From sequence record PV808483.1: a stretch of DNA of 57,756 bases; one strand, 5' to 3'. The notes beneath the pieces were generated by a model that saw nothing but the letters and a program-made list of their open reading frames with translations, did no database searches and had not been told where the DNA came from. The translations under genes were made by a program, and so were the position numbers. Positions 47,889 to 56,671 of the stretch are shown one piece after another. This DNA comes from a phage. Each line of letters begins with the position of its first letter. Positions within the stretch are counted from its first letter, which is position 1.

Positions 47889-48160
47889 ATAAAAAATCTT
47901 TAATCGCAACAATTGTAAGTCCTGAATACAAACAAAAACGTGAATCAATAACGTCTGAAATTGTTTCTGAATTTGATGACGTTAAAAAAACAAACCAACG
48001 CGTATCACGTCTGCAAAAACTGATTGATAACCACGGTATTGAAGCTGTTGCTAAACGTCTGAACGTTACTGAAATTCATGTTAAACGTAATCTGCTTACC
48101 GGGCGATCTGCTATCAACCTGGTCAAACTGATGGCTGCTGAACGTCAGTTCGGAGCGTAA
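47885..48160 (+). CDS. hypothetical protein, possible DNA-binding
   Basis: 91-aa ORF overlapping the upstream stop. Confidence 0.4.
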   Translation: MNKKSLIATIVSPEYKQKRESITSEIVSEFDDVKKTNQRVSRLQKLIDNHGIEAVAKRLNVTEIHVKRNLLTGRSAINLVKLMAAERQFGA

Positions 48161-48163
48161 ATT

Positions 48164-50518
48164 ATGAAAGGGTTACTGAACCGTAAACAGTGGGTCATGT
48201 GGCGGCTTGAGACAGTCGCCGATCGTCCAAAACCAACGAAAGTACCATACAGCCCGGTACACGGTTATAAAGCCAGTACCACTAACCCTAATGACTGGTC
48301 TGACTATCACACCGCGTTAGGTATGGCGCAAATGTACGGCATGTCTGGTGTTGGTTTTGTATTCACAGAAAACGACCCTTATTTCTTTATTGATGTCGAT
48401 AACTGTCTGGTAGATCAGGCAACAGCTACGTGGTCACCACTAGCGCATGAATTCGTAAACCGTTTTCCAAATGCTTACACTGAAGTCAGTCAGTCAGGAA
48501 CAGGTTTGCACATCATCTGTGCTTATACCAGCATACCGGAAGGTTTTAACAGTCTGAACGACCAGAAAACCGGGCTGGAAATGTATTGGCGTGATCGTTT
48601 CGTCGCGATGACGCTCACGGGTAATGGTGATGTTGATATTGATTATACCCAGGGTATTCATGATTCTATTGCCCGGTATGGTCGCATCCGTTCAGACCGT
48701 TCCGCACGCTGGACAACAGCACCCTGTGATGACTGGTCAGGCCCGGCAGACGATGATGAACTGATTAAAATGGCGTTAAATTCGTCCAGTGCTGCTTCAG
48801 TATTTGGTAATAAAGCGTCGTTTGCGGATCTGTGGAATGCAAACGTTGAACGCCTGTCTGTGTCATATCCCAGCGACCAGGGAAAAGACTACAATGCATC
48901 TGCCGCTGATGCTGCTCTGTGCTCACACCTTGCTTTCTGGACCGGGAAAGATTGCGAACGTATTGAACGTCTATTTAACCGTTCCGGACTGGTTCGTGGT
49001 AAATGGACAGATCGTCAGGATTACCGTGAAAACACGATTCTTGGCGCTGTGGAACGTTGTGATACTGTGTATCGTAGTCAACCGACAATGACACCAGAAC
49101 TGATGAAAGCAGTCACACCAGCGCCTACCGTCGTTCCTAATGGTGGAACACCTGCGTATATGAGTGTGAAACCCGGTGAAGGTGCATATGGTTCAAACCA
49201 CACGGTTAACGCATCCACTTTCGTTAATAACTATTATCCGAACAACACATTGATTTTCGTCCAGCAACAGCCGTACCGGTTCAACGGTCGCGTGTGGGAA
49301 CGTGTCAGTGAAGATGAACTGAAACATCAAATTTCTATGGCAATGCTTGCCAGCGAACCAAAAGCTGACGTGATTAATGGTACGTACAAGGTTTTGTCGT
49401 ATTTATTCACACGCGCTGATCGTGAGCTTGGAACATGGCCCGGTGTTGATGTATCACACTATATTGTTTGTCAGAACGGGATACTGGATGTACACACGGG
49501 TAAATGTGATGCACATAACCCGGACTTCTTTACAACCAGTATTTTACCGTATAGCTATGATCCGTTTGCCCGTGCACCAGCGTTTGAACAGTTTCTTAAT
49601 ACAACTCTGGAAGGTGATCAGGAACGTATTGCATTGTTGCAGGAATGGCTGGGTTACATGCTTGTCAACTCGTATGACTATCAGAAAGCGATGTTGTTGA
49701 TTGGTGCACCACGTTCCGGTAAAGGCACGATTGGTCGCATCATTCAGGCACTGGTAGGTGATGAAGCGTACGCAGGGATCACACTGGAGGGTTTAGCTAG
49801 TGATGCGGTACTTGAAACTGTGCTGGATAAATCTGTGCTGTTTATCGGTGATGCTCACAGTGTGTCCGGGCCTGATCGCAACCGAATTCTGGACCGTTTC
49901 AAATCTATTACAGGTTGTGATGCGATTCCGGTTAATCGTAAGTATAAAGGTGCATGGAACGGTCGTTTACCTGGACGTATGACACTGGCTGCTAACAACA
50001 TCCCGGCATTTGCTGATGATTCCGGTGCAATGGCTAACCGTTTGCTGATCCTACCGTTCAACATTTCGTTCCTGGGTCGTGAAGATACTACTCTGGAAGC
50101 ACGACTGATGAAAGAACTACCGGGGATCTGTAACTGGGCGATTGAAGGTTTACAACGGTTACGTGCAAACGGACGGTTTACTGAACCAAAAGCAAGTCTG
50201 GAAGAACGTCAGGAAATTATGGATCAACAATCACCACTTAGAAGTTTTATCAGAGATTGTTGCGAATTGGTATCTGATGGTGAGGTGCACACTGAAGAAC
50301 TCTATGGTCGTTATCGTCTCTGGAAAACACAGGAAGGTGGTCCAGCAATGACTAAAACTGCATTTAGTCGGGCGTTTAAATCCACCCTTCGTGGTAAAGT
50401 GAAAAAAGACGTTGTTAATATAAATAACGTACGATTAAACGGTTTCAGGGGTATTCGTCTTCTCCCTTTTCAGTCAACAGCTAATGTAGTGCCTTTCCCA
50501 CCAGTGAGTAATGGTTAG
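48164..50518 (+). CDS. primase/helicase: AEP primase-polymerase N-terminus, PriCT-like region, SF3 helicase C-terminus
   Basis: FIDVDNC and SQSGTGLHI (AEP motifs); LLIGAPRSGKGT Walker A in the C-terminal half. Confidence 0.7.
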   Translation: MKGLLNRKQWVMWRLETVADRPKPTKVPYSPVHGYKASTTNPNDWSDYHTALGMAQMYGMSGVGFVFTENDPYFFIDVDNCLVDQATATWSPLAHEFVNRFPNAYTEVSQSGTGLHIICAYTSIPEGFNSLNDQKTGLEMYWRDRFVAMTLTGNGDVDIDYTQGIHDSIARYGRIRSDRSARWTTAPCDDWSGPADDDELIKMALNSSSAASVFGNKASFADLWNANVERLSVSYPSDQGKDYNASAADAALCSHLAFWTGKDCERIERLFNRSGLVRGKWTDRQDYRENTILGAVERCDTVYRSQPTMTPELMKAVTPAPTVVPNGGTPAYMSVKPGEGAYGSNHTVNASTFVNNYYPNNTLIFVQQQPYRFNGRVWERVSEDELKHQISMAMLASEPKADVINGTYKVLSYLFTRADRELGTWPGVDVSHYIVCQNGILDVHTGKCDAHNPDFFTTSILPYSYDPFARAPAFEQFLNTTLEGDQERIALLQEWLGYMLVNSYDYQKAMLLIGAPRSGKGTIGRIIQALVGDEAYAGITLEGLASDAVLETVLDKSVLFIGDAHSVSGPDRNRILDRFKSITGCDAIPVNRKYKGAWNGRLPGRMTLAANNIPAFADDSGAMANRLLILPFNISFLGREDTTLEARLMKELPGICNWAIEGLQRLRANGRFTEPKASLEERQEIMDQQSPLRSFIRDCCELVSDGEVHTEELYGRYRLWKTQEGGPAMTKTAFSRAFKSTLRGKVKKDVVNINNVRLNGFRGIRLLPFQSTANVVPFPPVSNG

Positions 50519-50532
50519 TCGTTGCACAAGGA

Positions 50533-50577
50533 CGTGTAAAATAATTCTTGACGAATTACAGATATGTGCGCTATAGT
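50533..50577 (+). promoter_or_regulatory. sigma70-like promoter, UP element + TTGACG, 18-bp spacer, TATAGT
   Basis: Copy of the conserved element in forward orientation. Confidence 0.55.
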
Positions 50578-50608
50578 CTGTACATCAAGTGAACAAGGAG
50601 TGATTGTT

Positions 50609-50821
50609 ATGAAACCACGCTACCGATTAATGAGACTTTCACAGTGTCCTAACGGAACACGGTTTTATTTTTATCGTCTGAAGCAACTATTACCTTTCAC
50701 GTTAATTGCTAACAGCTTCAAGAAACACGAAAGTATTTATCACGAGGGTCATGATTTTAATATAACCGCGCGAAAATACAGAACGTCTATTTATAAACTT
50801 GTGTGGGCTAAGGTGAACTAA
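50609..50821 (+). CDS. hypothetical small protein
   Basis: ORF 50564..50821 trimmed to the ATG at 50609 with AGGAG upstream. Confidence 0.45.
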   Translation: MKPRYRLMRLSQCPNGTRFYFYRLKQLLPFTLIANSFKKHESIYHEGHDFNITARKYRTSIYKLVWAKVN

Positions 50822-50822
50822 A

Positions 50823-51020
50823 ATGAAAAACATATTTGACCGTTTAATTACTGTTATTGTATTTCTTGTATCCGTAACGCTCGCGTCTTGTATTGTCGGA
50901 CTAATGACCCGTGGTAATCATGCAGAAACTCCGTGGTGGTTTCTGGCAGGTATTGGATTATTAGCGGCTGCTGCATCAATTGGCGCTTGCATGTGGGGAG
51001 TGAAAAACGATCATGACTGA
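50823..51020 (+). CDS. small membrane protein
   Basis: 65 aa with two hydrophobic helices. Confidence 0.45.
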   Translation: MKNIFDRLITVIVFLVSVTLASCIVGLMTRGNHAETPWWFLAGIGLLAAAASIGACMWGVKNDHD

Positions 51021-51228
51021 GTTCGGTGCTGTAATCAAAAAAGAAGACCGTTATGCACATATTGATACCCGGATTACCTGGGTTGATATCAGTGAAGCTA
51101 CTCTGTTCAGTTCAACTTACATGGCTGGTGTTGCACTTAAAGCACTTCGTGATCAAGGTTTCAATTGCAGAAAAGTAACAGTTGCATCTGTTAAAATCAC
51201 GCGGATCGTCGAGGAGACAGAAGGGTGA
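51013..51228 (+). CDS. hypothetical small protein
   Basis: 71-aa ORF overlapping neighbours. Confidence 0.4.
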   Translation: MTEFGAVIKKEDRYAHIDTRITWVDISEATLFSSTYMAGVALKALRDQGFNCRKVTVASVKITRIVEETEG

Positions 51229-51905
51229 ATATTGTATGGTCGTTATTCGATGGTTCCGGGATTATGGGTTTACCGTGGGCTAAGGCTGACTATCAGGTTT
51301 ATTGCTTTAATGCTGATTCCGGTAATCACGGAGAATATAAAATCAAAGATGAACACCCAAATCTTCATTACGTTAATCAGTGGATTGACCCACAATTTGC
51401 AATTAAGCAGGAAATACTGGGAACACCTTTACCGTCAATTATTTTTGGTTTTCCTGATTGCACCCTGTTTGCTCAAAGCGGTTCGCAACATGACCGGGAT
51501 GACGCTGAACTACAGTATGCACTGGCAAACGCAAAACTGATCCGTGAACTCGGAGAACGTTATAACGTACCCTGGATGGTCGAAAACCCTGTCGGTGCTT
51601 TATCACGTCCTGAAATGATGGGGACACCTGACGCTTATTTTCAACCGTGGGAATATGGCGGTTATATGACAACAGATGATAAACCGTTTCACCCTAAAAT
51701 GCCGATGTTTGACGGATACACGAAGAAAACATGTCTGTGGTTCGGTAACGGTTTCAAAATGCCTGAAAAACGTCCCGGACCGATTAATATTGGTTTCTTC
51801 TGGGGCTGGAAATATCTGGGTGGTAAGTCTGAAACAACTAAACAATTACGTTCATTAACCCCGCGTGGCTTTGCTCGCGCTGTATTTGAGGCTAATAAAC
51901 AATGA
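51225..51905 (+). CDS. short C5-cytosine-methyltransferase-like protein lacking an obvious target-recognition domain
   Basis: LFDGSG (motif I-like), FGFPDCTLFAQSG (PC-motif-like), MVENPVG (ENV-like), C-terminal LTPRGFARA. Confidence 0.5.
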   Translation: MNIVWSLFDGSGIMGLPWAKADYQVYCFNADSGNHGEYKIKDEHPNLHYVNQWIDPQFAIKQEILGTPLPSIIFGFPDCTLFAQSGSQHDRDDAELQYALANAKLIRELGERYNVPWMVENPVGALSRPEMMGTPDAYFQPWEYGGYMTTDDKPFHPKMPMFDGYTKKTCLWFGNGFKMPEKRPGPINIGFFWGWKYLGGKSETTKQLRSLTPRGFARAVFEANKQ

Positions 51906-52297
51906 TAATTGTCGTCACAGGTGGTCGTGACTTTAACGACAGAACAGCAGTGTTTTCCGCGTTAGGACTACTTCACAAACAATTTCCGGTTACCGAACTG
52001 ATTGAAGGTGGTGCGTCAGGTGTTGATAACCTGTGTAAGCAATGGGCGCAATTACACGGTATTCCTGTGCGTAGTTGCCCGGCAGCGTGGGACGATCTGA
52101 CTGTACCTGGTGCGGTTGTAAAACAAGGTGAGCACGGGCCTTATAACGCTGTTGCAGGTCATCAACGTAATCAGGCGATGTTAGAGGGTGAACCACGCCC
52201 TACATACGGTGTTGTGTTCCCCGGTGGGCGTGGTACGGCTGATATGCACCGTCGCATGTTGAAAGCTGGTTTAACCGTGTGGGTTCCGTATCCTTAA
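51902..52297 (+). CDS. SLOG-fold protein (DUF2493/YpsA-like)
   Basis: VVTGGRDFND ... LIEGGASGVDNL ... WA pattern. Confidence 0.5.
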   Translation: MIIVVTGGRDFNDRTAVFSALGLLHKQFPVTELIEGGASGVDNLCKQWAQLHGIPVRSCPAAWDDLTVPGAVVKQGEHGPYNAVAGHQRNQAMLEGEPRPTYGVVFPGGRGTADMHRRMLKAGLTVWVPYP

Positions 52298-52334
52298 AAT
52301 AATTCTTGACAGATTACCAACCCTCCCCGATAAT
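52295..52334 (+). promoter_or_regulatory. sigma70-like promoter, UP element + TTGACA, 17-bp spacer, GATAAT
   Basis: Copy of the conserved element. Confidence 0.55.
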
Positions 52335-52335
52335 T

Positions 52336-52360
52336 AGCCTCAGTTAACACACATGAGGCT
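52336..52360 (+). promoter_or_regulatory. palindromic element AGCCTCA-N11-TGAGGCT between the -10 and the start codon; inverted copy of the element at 15256..15279
   Basis: Nearly the exact reverse complement of the other copy (one indel); overlaps the Shine-Dalgarno GAGG. Confidence 0.5.
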
Positions 52361-52368
52361 AAACACAA

Positions 52369-53136
52369 ATGGCTAACATTAACTCCCTTCGCAAACTGTC
52401 TGATACCGATAAAACCAACGTAAAACGTGGTAATGCGTATCGTATTGATCCGCGTATTATCAAGATTCGTCCAGGACATAACCCACGCGGTGTGTTTACC
52501 GACAACTACTGGGAAACTGAAGCAGCACTGGCACACATTGAAAACTTTCGTCAGGCTTATACTAACGGCGATTTCGTTCCACCCATCGTGGTACAGGTTG
52601 TTGACGGTGTTCCGTATGTCCAGGATGGTGAGCATCGTTTACGTGGTGTATTGGCAGCTATTGACGCCGGGACGCCGATTCTGACAGTAGACGTTGTTGA
52701 ATCGTCCGGTGACGAACTACAACAGACCCTGACACTGTTAAAAGGTAATGAAGGTAAACCGTGGTCCCCTGTTGAACGTGCTGTTATTTACGGTCGTTTC
52801 CGTTCATATGGCATGAGTGTTGAGCAGATCGCTACACAGGTCGGTAAAACCGTTCAGCACGTTTACGAACAACTGAATATTCTTGATATGCCGCTGGAAC
52901 TTAAACGTCGTATTCAGAACGGCGAAATCAGCGCGTCAGCAGCCATTCGCCAGTTTAAAGCAGGTGATAAAGAACCAGTAGTAACGCGTCGTCCGCCTGC
53001 TAAACTGGTACGGTCTGCAGTGGAAGCAATCCGTGGTGAATGGTCTGTAACCCGTTCGGAAGGTGGTAAAGTCCTGGTTGAACTTACCGCTGAACAGTTT
53101 GAAGCGTTAAAAGCACTGAAGGAGCACCAGTTATGA
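52369..53136 (+). CDS. ParB-like nuclease domain protein
   Basis: VQDGEHRLRG motif in an N-terminal ParB/Srx-like region. Confidence 0.55.
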   Translation: MANINSLRKLSDTDKTNVKRGNAYRIDPRIIKIRPGHNPRGVFTDNYWETEAALAHIENFRQAYTNGDFVPPIVVQVVDGVPYVQDGEHRLRGVLAAIDAGTPILTVDVVESSGDELQQTLTLLKGNEGKPWSPVERAVIYGRFRSYGMSVEQIATQVGKTVQHVYEQLNILDMPLELKRRIQNGEISASAAIRQFKAGDKEPVVTRRPPAKLVRSAVEAIRGEWSVTRSEGGKVLVELTAEQFEALKALKEHQL

Positions 53137-53324
53137 AAAACCGTAAAGCAAAGATTCTGTTAGTTCGTAGAAACGCTCCTGGCGTCTGGCAGTGGGTGAG
53201 ACTCAGCAACCGACGGATGGGGTTGATGAAATATTACGGGATGATGGATTGCAGTTTTTGCAAAAAAACCCAGCGCGGCGCAAAACCGCTGGAAAAACCA
53301 CTTTCGCATTAAAGGAGAGTGATA

Positions 53325-53521
53325 TGGCAACCAACAATCGTAAAGCCAAGATGCTTATTTCCCGTGTATACAGCCGTTGCTATCCCAGCCAGTGGTTGAG
53401 AGTTAGCAATCGCCGTATGGTGTTGTACTTATATTCTGGAATTGCCAGAGATGGAATCAAAGATAAGCGTAGCGCGGCGCAAAACCGCTGGAAAAACCAC
53501 TTGCGTACTAAAGGAGAGTGA
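53325..53521 (+). CDS. hypothetical small basic protein
   Basis: 65 aa; shares a ~60-bp leader and initiation region with the next gene. Confidence 0.4.
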
Positions 53522-53522
53522 T

Positions 53523-53786
53523 ATGGCAACTTTAACAAAAAAAGAACGGGCATGGTTGAATGAATTACAGGACGTTCTTGATCGCTGCCCATCACCGAAA
53601 AAAATTGGTTTTTACACCATTGGCGATAAAAGCATTTACCTGTATGACCTACGCCGCATGGATGAAATCATGGAGGCTCTTGATAATCGTTCGTCGGTGG
53701 ATTGGTGTGTTGCTGTCCATGATATGAATGCCGGATTTGATGAAAAGATTTTGTTCCCCTCATCAGTTGAAAGCACTGCGGGTTAA
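53523..53786 (+). CDS. hypothetical small protein
   Basis: 88 aa; duplicated leader upstream. Confidence 0.45.
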   Translation: MATLTKKERAWLNELQDVLDRCPSPKKIGFYTIGDKSIYLYDLRRMDEIMEALDNRSSVDWCVAVHDMNAGFDEKILFPSSVESTAG

Positions 53787-53796
53787 GGAGTAACAC

Positions 53797-54465
53797 ATGA
53801 CCACTATTACCAAAGAGCGACTGCTGACAATCAGGCAATGGCGCGAAACATACGGACCTGGTAGCAATGTTGTACTGCCAGCAGAAGAAGCGGAAGAACT
53901 GGCACGAATTGCTCTGGCATCGCTGGAAGCAGAACCAGTTGCTTATATTTTCAAACATCCGGCCGGGAAATTATTCTGGGCTTTAACGGATGAAAGCAAT
54001 AAAGAGCAACCGGACGTTATTCCTGTTTATGCTGACTCACCTGCGCCGGTTGTGCCGGATGAAATAGACGTAAACGATGTACCAAGGGCGGTGACATATT
54101 TCAAGACACACAGAGATTGTTACGCAGATGGCTGGAACGCCTGCCGCGCCGCCATGCTTCAGTCCGGAAACTTTCGGGAAAACAAGAATTCGTCAACCAA
54201 TAATTTTCGGGAAATCGCGGAAACGTCAACCAACTATCCGGTAATTCCTAGTGAGGTGTTGTCCGCAATCCTGAAGGTTGCCAAGATTCGTGCCGATTTC
54301 GATGATTTTGACGGTGACAGGCGAGGTATCGGTGATTGTCTGGATGAGGCTGAGCAAGAGCTTATCGTTACCATTAACAAATATGCCAGTCAGTTAGCAG
54401 CAGAACCGATAGCGACTAATGAAAATCGTTGGGTTGCCAAACTAACCGGGAGTAAAAAGAAATGA
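53797..54465 (+). CDS. hypothetical protein
   Basis: 222-aa ORF with AGGAG upstream. Confidence 0.5.
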   Translation: MTTITKERLLTIRQWRETYGPGSNVVLPAEEAEELARIALASLEAEPVAYIFKHPAGKLFWALTDESNKEQPDVIPVYADSPAPVVPDEIDVNDVPRAVTYFKTHRDCYADGWNACRAAMLQSGNFRENKNSSTNNFREIAETSTNYPVIPSEVLSAILKVAKIRADFDDFDGDRRGIGDCLDEAEQELIVTINKYASQLAAEPIATNENRWVAKLTGSKKK

Positions 54466-54632
54466 CTAAAATCTACATTACAAAATATGCATTAACAACT
54501 GGTGTTTTCAGTGTAGATGCTAAAATAAAATCAGATGGTACAAGTGCAACTTTCTACGACAAAAGAAACATACGACAGTTTGTTTATGGTAAAGATTTTT
54601 GGTTGACACCGGAAGAGGCTTTTATTGATTGA
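54462..54632 (+). CDS. hypothetical small protein (56 aa)
   Basis: ATGA overlap with the upstream stop; below the ORF-track cutoff. Confidence 0.3.
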   Translation: MTKIYITKYALTTGVFSVDAKIKSDGTSATFYDKRNIRQFVYGKDFWLTPEEAFID

Positions 54633-54721
54633 GAGCGTCGTCGAATAAACAAATTAAAATCTCTGGAGAAACAGAAACAAAAAATCGAAAGTTTAAACTT
54701 TCAAATTATTAAGGAACATTT

Positions 54722-54946
54722 ATGACTATCCGACTGATGAATCCAACCGTTGCCCGTGATATTAAACCGGGTGACAAGATTGAAGTATTTAACGAATGGT
54801 ACTGGGTACGTTATATCAATTACCACGGGGCAACACTTACGCTTCGCTTACAACCGGAAGATGAACCGCTATCACCATTTTTCGAAAACGACCGCGTTGT
54901 GGTGACAGTACCAGAAGATCTAATGATTGATGTCGAGGTGCGTTAA
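54722..54946 (+). CDS. hypothetical small protein
   Basis: 74-aa ORF. Confidence 0.4.
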   Translation: MTIRLMNPTVARDIKPGDKIEVFNEWYWVRYINYHGATLTLRLQPEDEPLSPFFENDRVVVTVPEDLMIDVEVR

Positions 54947-55270
54947 ATGACTGTATATGAAATGGAAGGTTTTCTTCGTGGTAAATGTGTTCCGGGTGAT
55001 CTGAAAGTTAACGAAACAAACGCTGAATATCTTGTCCGTAAGTTCGGTGAACTTGAAAATAAATGTGCGGCGCTGGCTGAGGAGAATGTTCGACTTAAGT
55101 CAGGTATAGCTGGCCTGATACATCTCGGTATTCGATACGCAGATGTTGATGTAATGAAAATTGCTGGAGATGCACAGCTTTCTACCCCATGCACTGATGA
55201 CATCATAAACAGCATTATCCAAAAAGAAACCAGTGATAAACGTGCACAAGCACAAAATGTTCCCTCGTAA
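54947..55270 (+). CDS. hypothetical protein
   Basis: 107-aa ORF. Confidence 0.4.
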   Translation: MTVYEMEGFLRGKCVPGDLKVNETNAEYLVRKFGELENKCAALAEENVRLKSGIAGLIHLGIRYADVDVMKIAGDAQLSTPCTDDIINSIIQKETSDKRAQAQNVPS

Positions 55271-55499
55271 CGGTTTGAAGTGGTCCGCACGAGATCTGGC
55301 GTTATTAAAAATTAATGCAGGAAAGATCAGTGCGGATGAAATAGCGTATTACCTTCGCCGGGACGTTGAAGCGGTACACATTAAAGCGTCACGTCTCGGT
55401 ATATCACTGGTAACCAATAAATGTAAACGTGGTCATGCGCGAGTTTACAAAAAAGGTAGATGGCGCTGTCCTGAGTGTAGAAAATTAAAAGGGTATTAA
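55257..55499 (+). CDS. small zinc-ribbon protein, possible regulator
   Basis: C-terminal CKRGH...CPECRK; ORF 55233..55499 with start placed at the ATG at 55257 overlapping the upstream stop. Confidence 0.4.
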   Translation: MFPRNGLKWSARDLALLKINAGKISADEIAYYLRRDVEAVHIKASRLGISLVTNKCKRGHARVYKKGRWRCPECRKLKGY

Positions 55500-55501
55500 A
55501 T

Positions 55502-56071
55502 ATGACACCTGAACAATTCGCAACAGCAGCACACGGTGATCAACTTCGTAAGTATACCAACGACCCATATGTGAACCACTGCCGGAACGTTGCTGAACTG
55601 GTTAAACGCTATGGTGGTACGCCGGATATGGTTACCGCTGCCTGGCTGCATGACGTCGTTGAAGATACGCCCGTGACCGTGGGTGATGTGTGTTCGCAGT
55701 TCGGTGAGACTGTGGCACGTTATGTTGATCAGCTTACTGATGTGAGTCGTCCACACCACGGCAACCGTGTTAAGCGTAAAGCACGGGACATCGACCATTT
55801 ATCACGGGCTGAACCTGTGGTGAAAACTATAAAACTGTGTGATCTGCTGGATAACACATCTTCAATTGACCGACACGATCCGAAGTTTGCTGTAACATAC
55901 CTGGCTGAAAAACAACTCATGCTTGCTCACCTGTCAGACGCCAGTAATCAGGAGTTATACGCGCTTGTTGAGCGTGAATTGTTTAAAGCCAAATACAAAC
56001 TAACGAACGTCCAGTTAACCGCGTTTGACAAACACTACGACGCACTGGTTAAAGCGATGGGGGAGTTGTGA
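55502..56071 (+). CDS. HD-domain phosphohydrolase resembling a small alarmone ((p)ppGpp) hydrolase
   Basis: AAHGDQLRKYTNDPYVNHCRNVAELV and AAWLHDVVEDT match the RelA/SpoT hydrolase-domain signature as I recall it. Confidence 0.65.
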   Translation: MTPEQFATAAHGDQLRKYTNDPYVNHCRNVAELVKRYGGTPDMVTAAWLHDVVEDTPVTVGDVCSQFGETVARYVDQLTDVSRPHHGNRVKRKARDIDHLSRAEPVVKTIKLCDLLDNTSSIDRHDPKFAVTYLAEKQLMLAHLSDASNQELYALVERELFKAKYKLTNVQLTAFDKHYDALVKAMGEL

Positions 56072-56295
56072 TTATGATTGCAGATCAACTACTGTGTAAA
56101 CTACGCGCGGACCTGATTAATAAAAAGTTTTGTCGTGATATAAACAAACCACTGGCATTTGTAAAAGTGCTCAACGTCTACAGAGCAGGTCGTGGTTTTA
56201 AGGTCATGTTCAGATACGGTGATGACGGTCCTGTCGTATATTGTGGTTACACCAATTTTTTGAAACGTTACCCGGAGGAACTAACACATGAATAA
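56068..56295 (+). CDS. hypothetical small protein
   Basis: 75-aa ORF. Confidence 0.4.
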   Translation: MIMIADQLLCKLRADLINKKFCRDINKPLAFVKVLNVYRAGRGFKVMFRYGDDGPVVYCGYTNFLKRYPEELTHE

Positions 56296-56542
56296 AGCAT
56301 CACCTGTAGAAATACGCAAATGTCTTGAAATGGCAAACAGTCTTGCACATGCCGGGATTAGATTTGTTCCTGTACCTGTAACCAGTGATGATGAATTTAA
56401 TTCGCTGGTTTCTCATTCTTACGGGATACTGGACAAAATAGCAGACGATTGTGATACGACTAACCGCCAGTTCGAAAGCCTCAGCAACCACAAACATCAC
56501 TTCATCAACGGCACTTGCGTAGAGTGCCTGAAAAGTGAATAA
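56288..56542 (+). CDS. hypothetical small Cys-containing protein
   Basis: 84 aa with C-terminal CVEC. Confidence 0.4.
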   Translation: MNKASPVEIRKCLEMANSLAHAGIRFVPVPVTSDDEFNSLVSHSYGILDKIADDCDTTNRQFESLSNHKHHFINGTCVECLKSE

Positions 56543-56646
56543 CTACCCGTTCATATTAATTATCAGTGCGCTCTATGTGGCGCACGTTTTCTATGAGGTG
56601 TACCGATGACTATAAGACGTGTTGTGTGTGCAGAAACTGACTAAAA

Positions 56647-56667
56647 AGCGGGGCTAATTACCCCGCT
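56647..56667 (-). terminator. terminator AGCGGGG-CTAATTA-CCCCGCT with the T-run on the reverse strand
   Basis: Hairpin followed on the reverse strand by TTTTT; lies between convergent genes. Confidence 0.65.
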
Positions 56668-56671
56668 ATCT

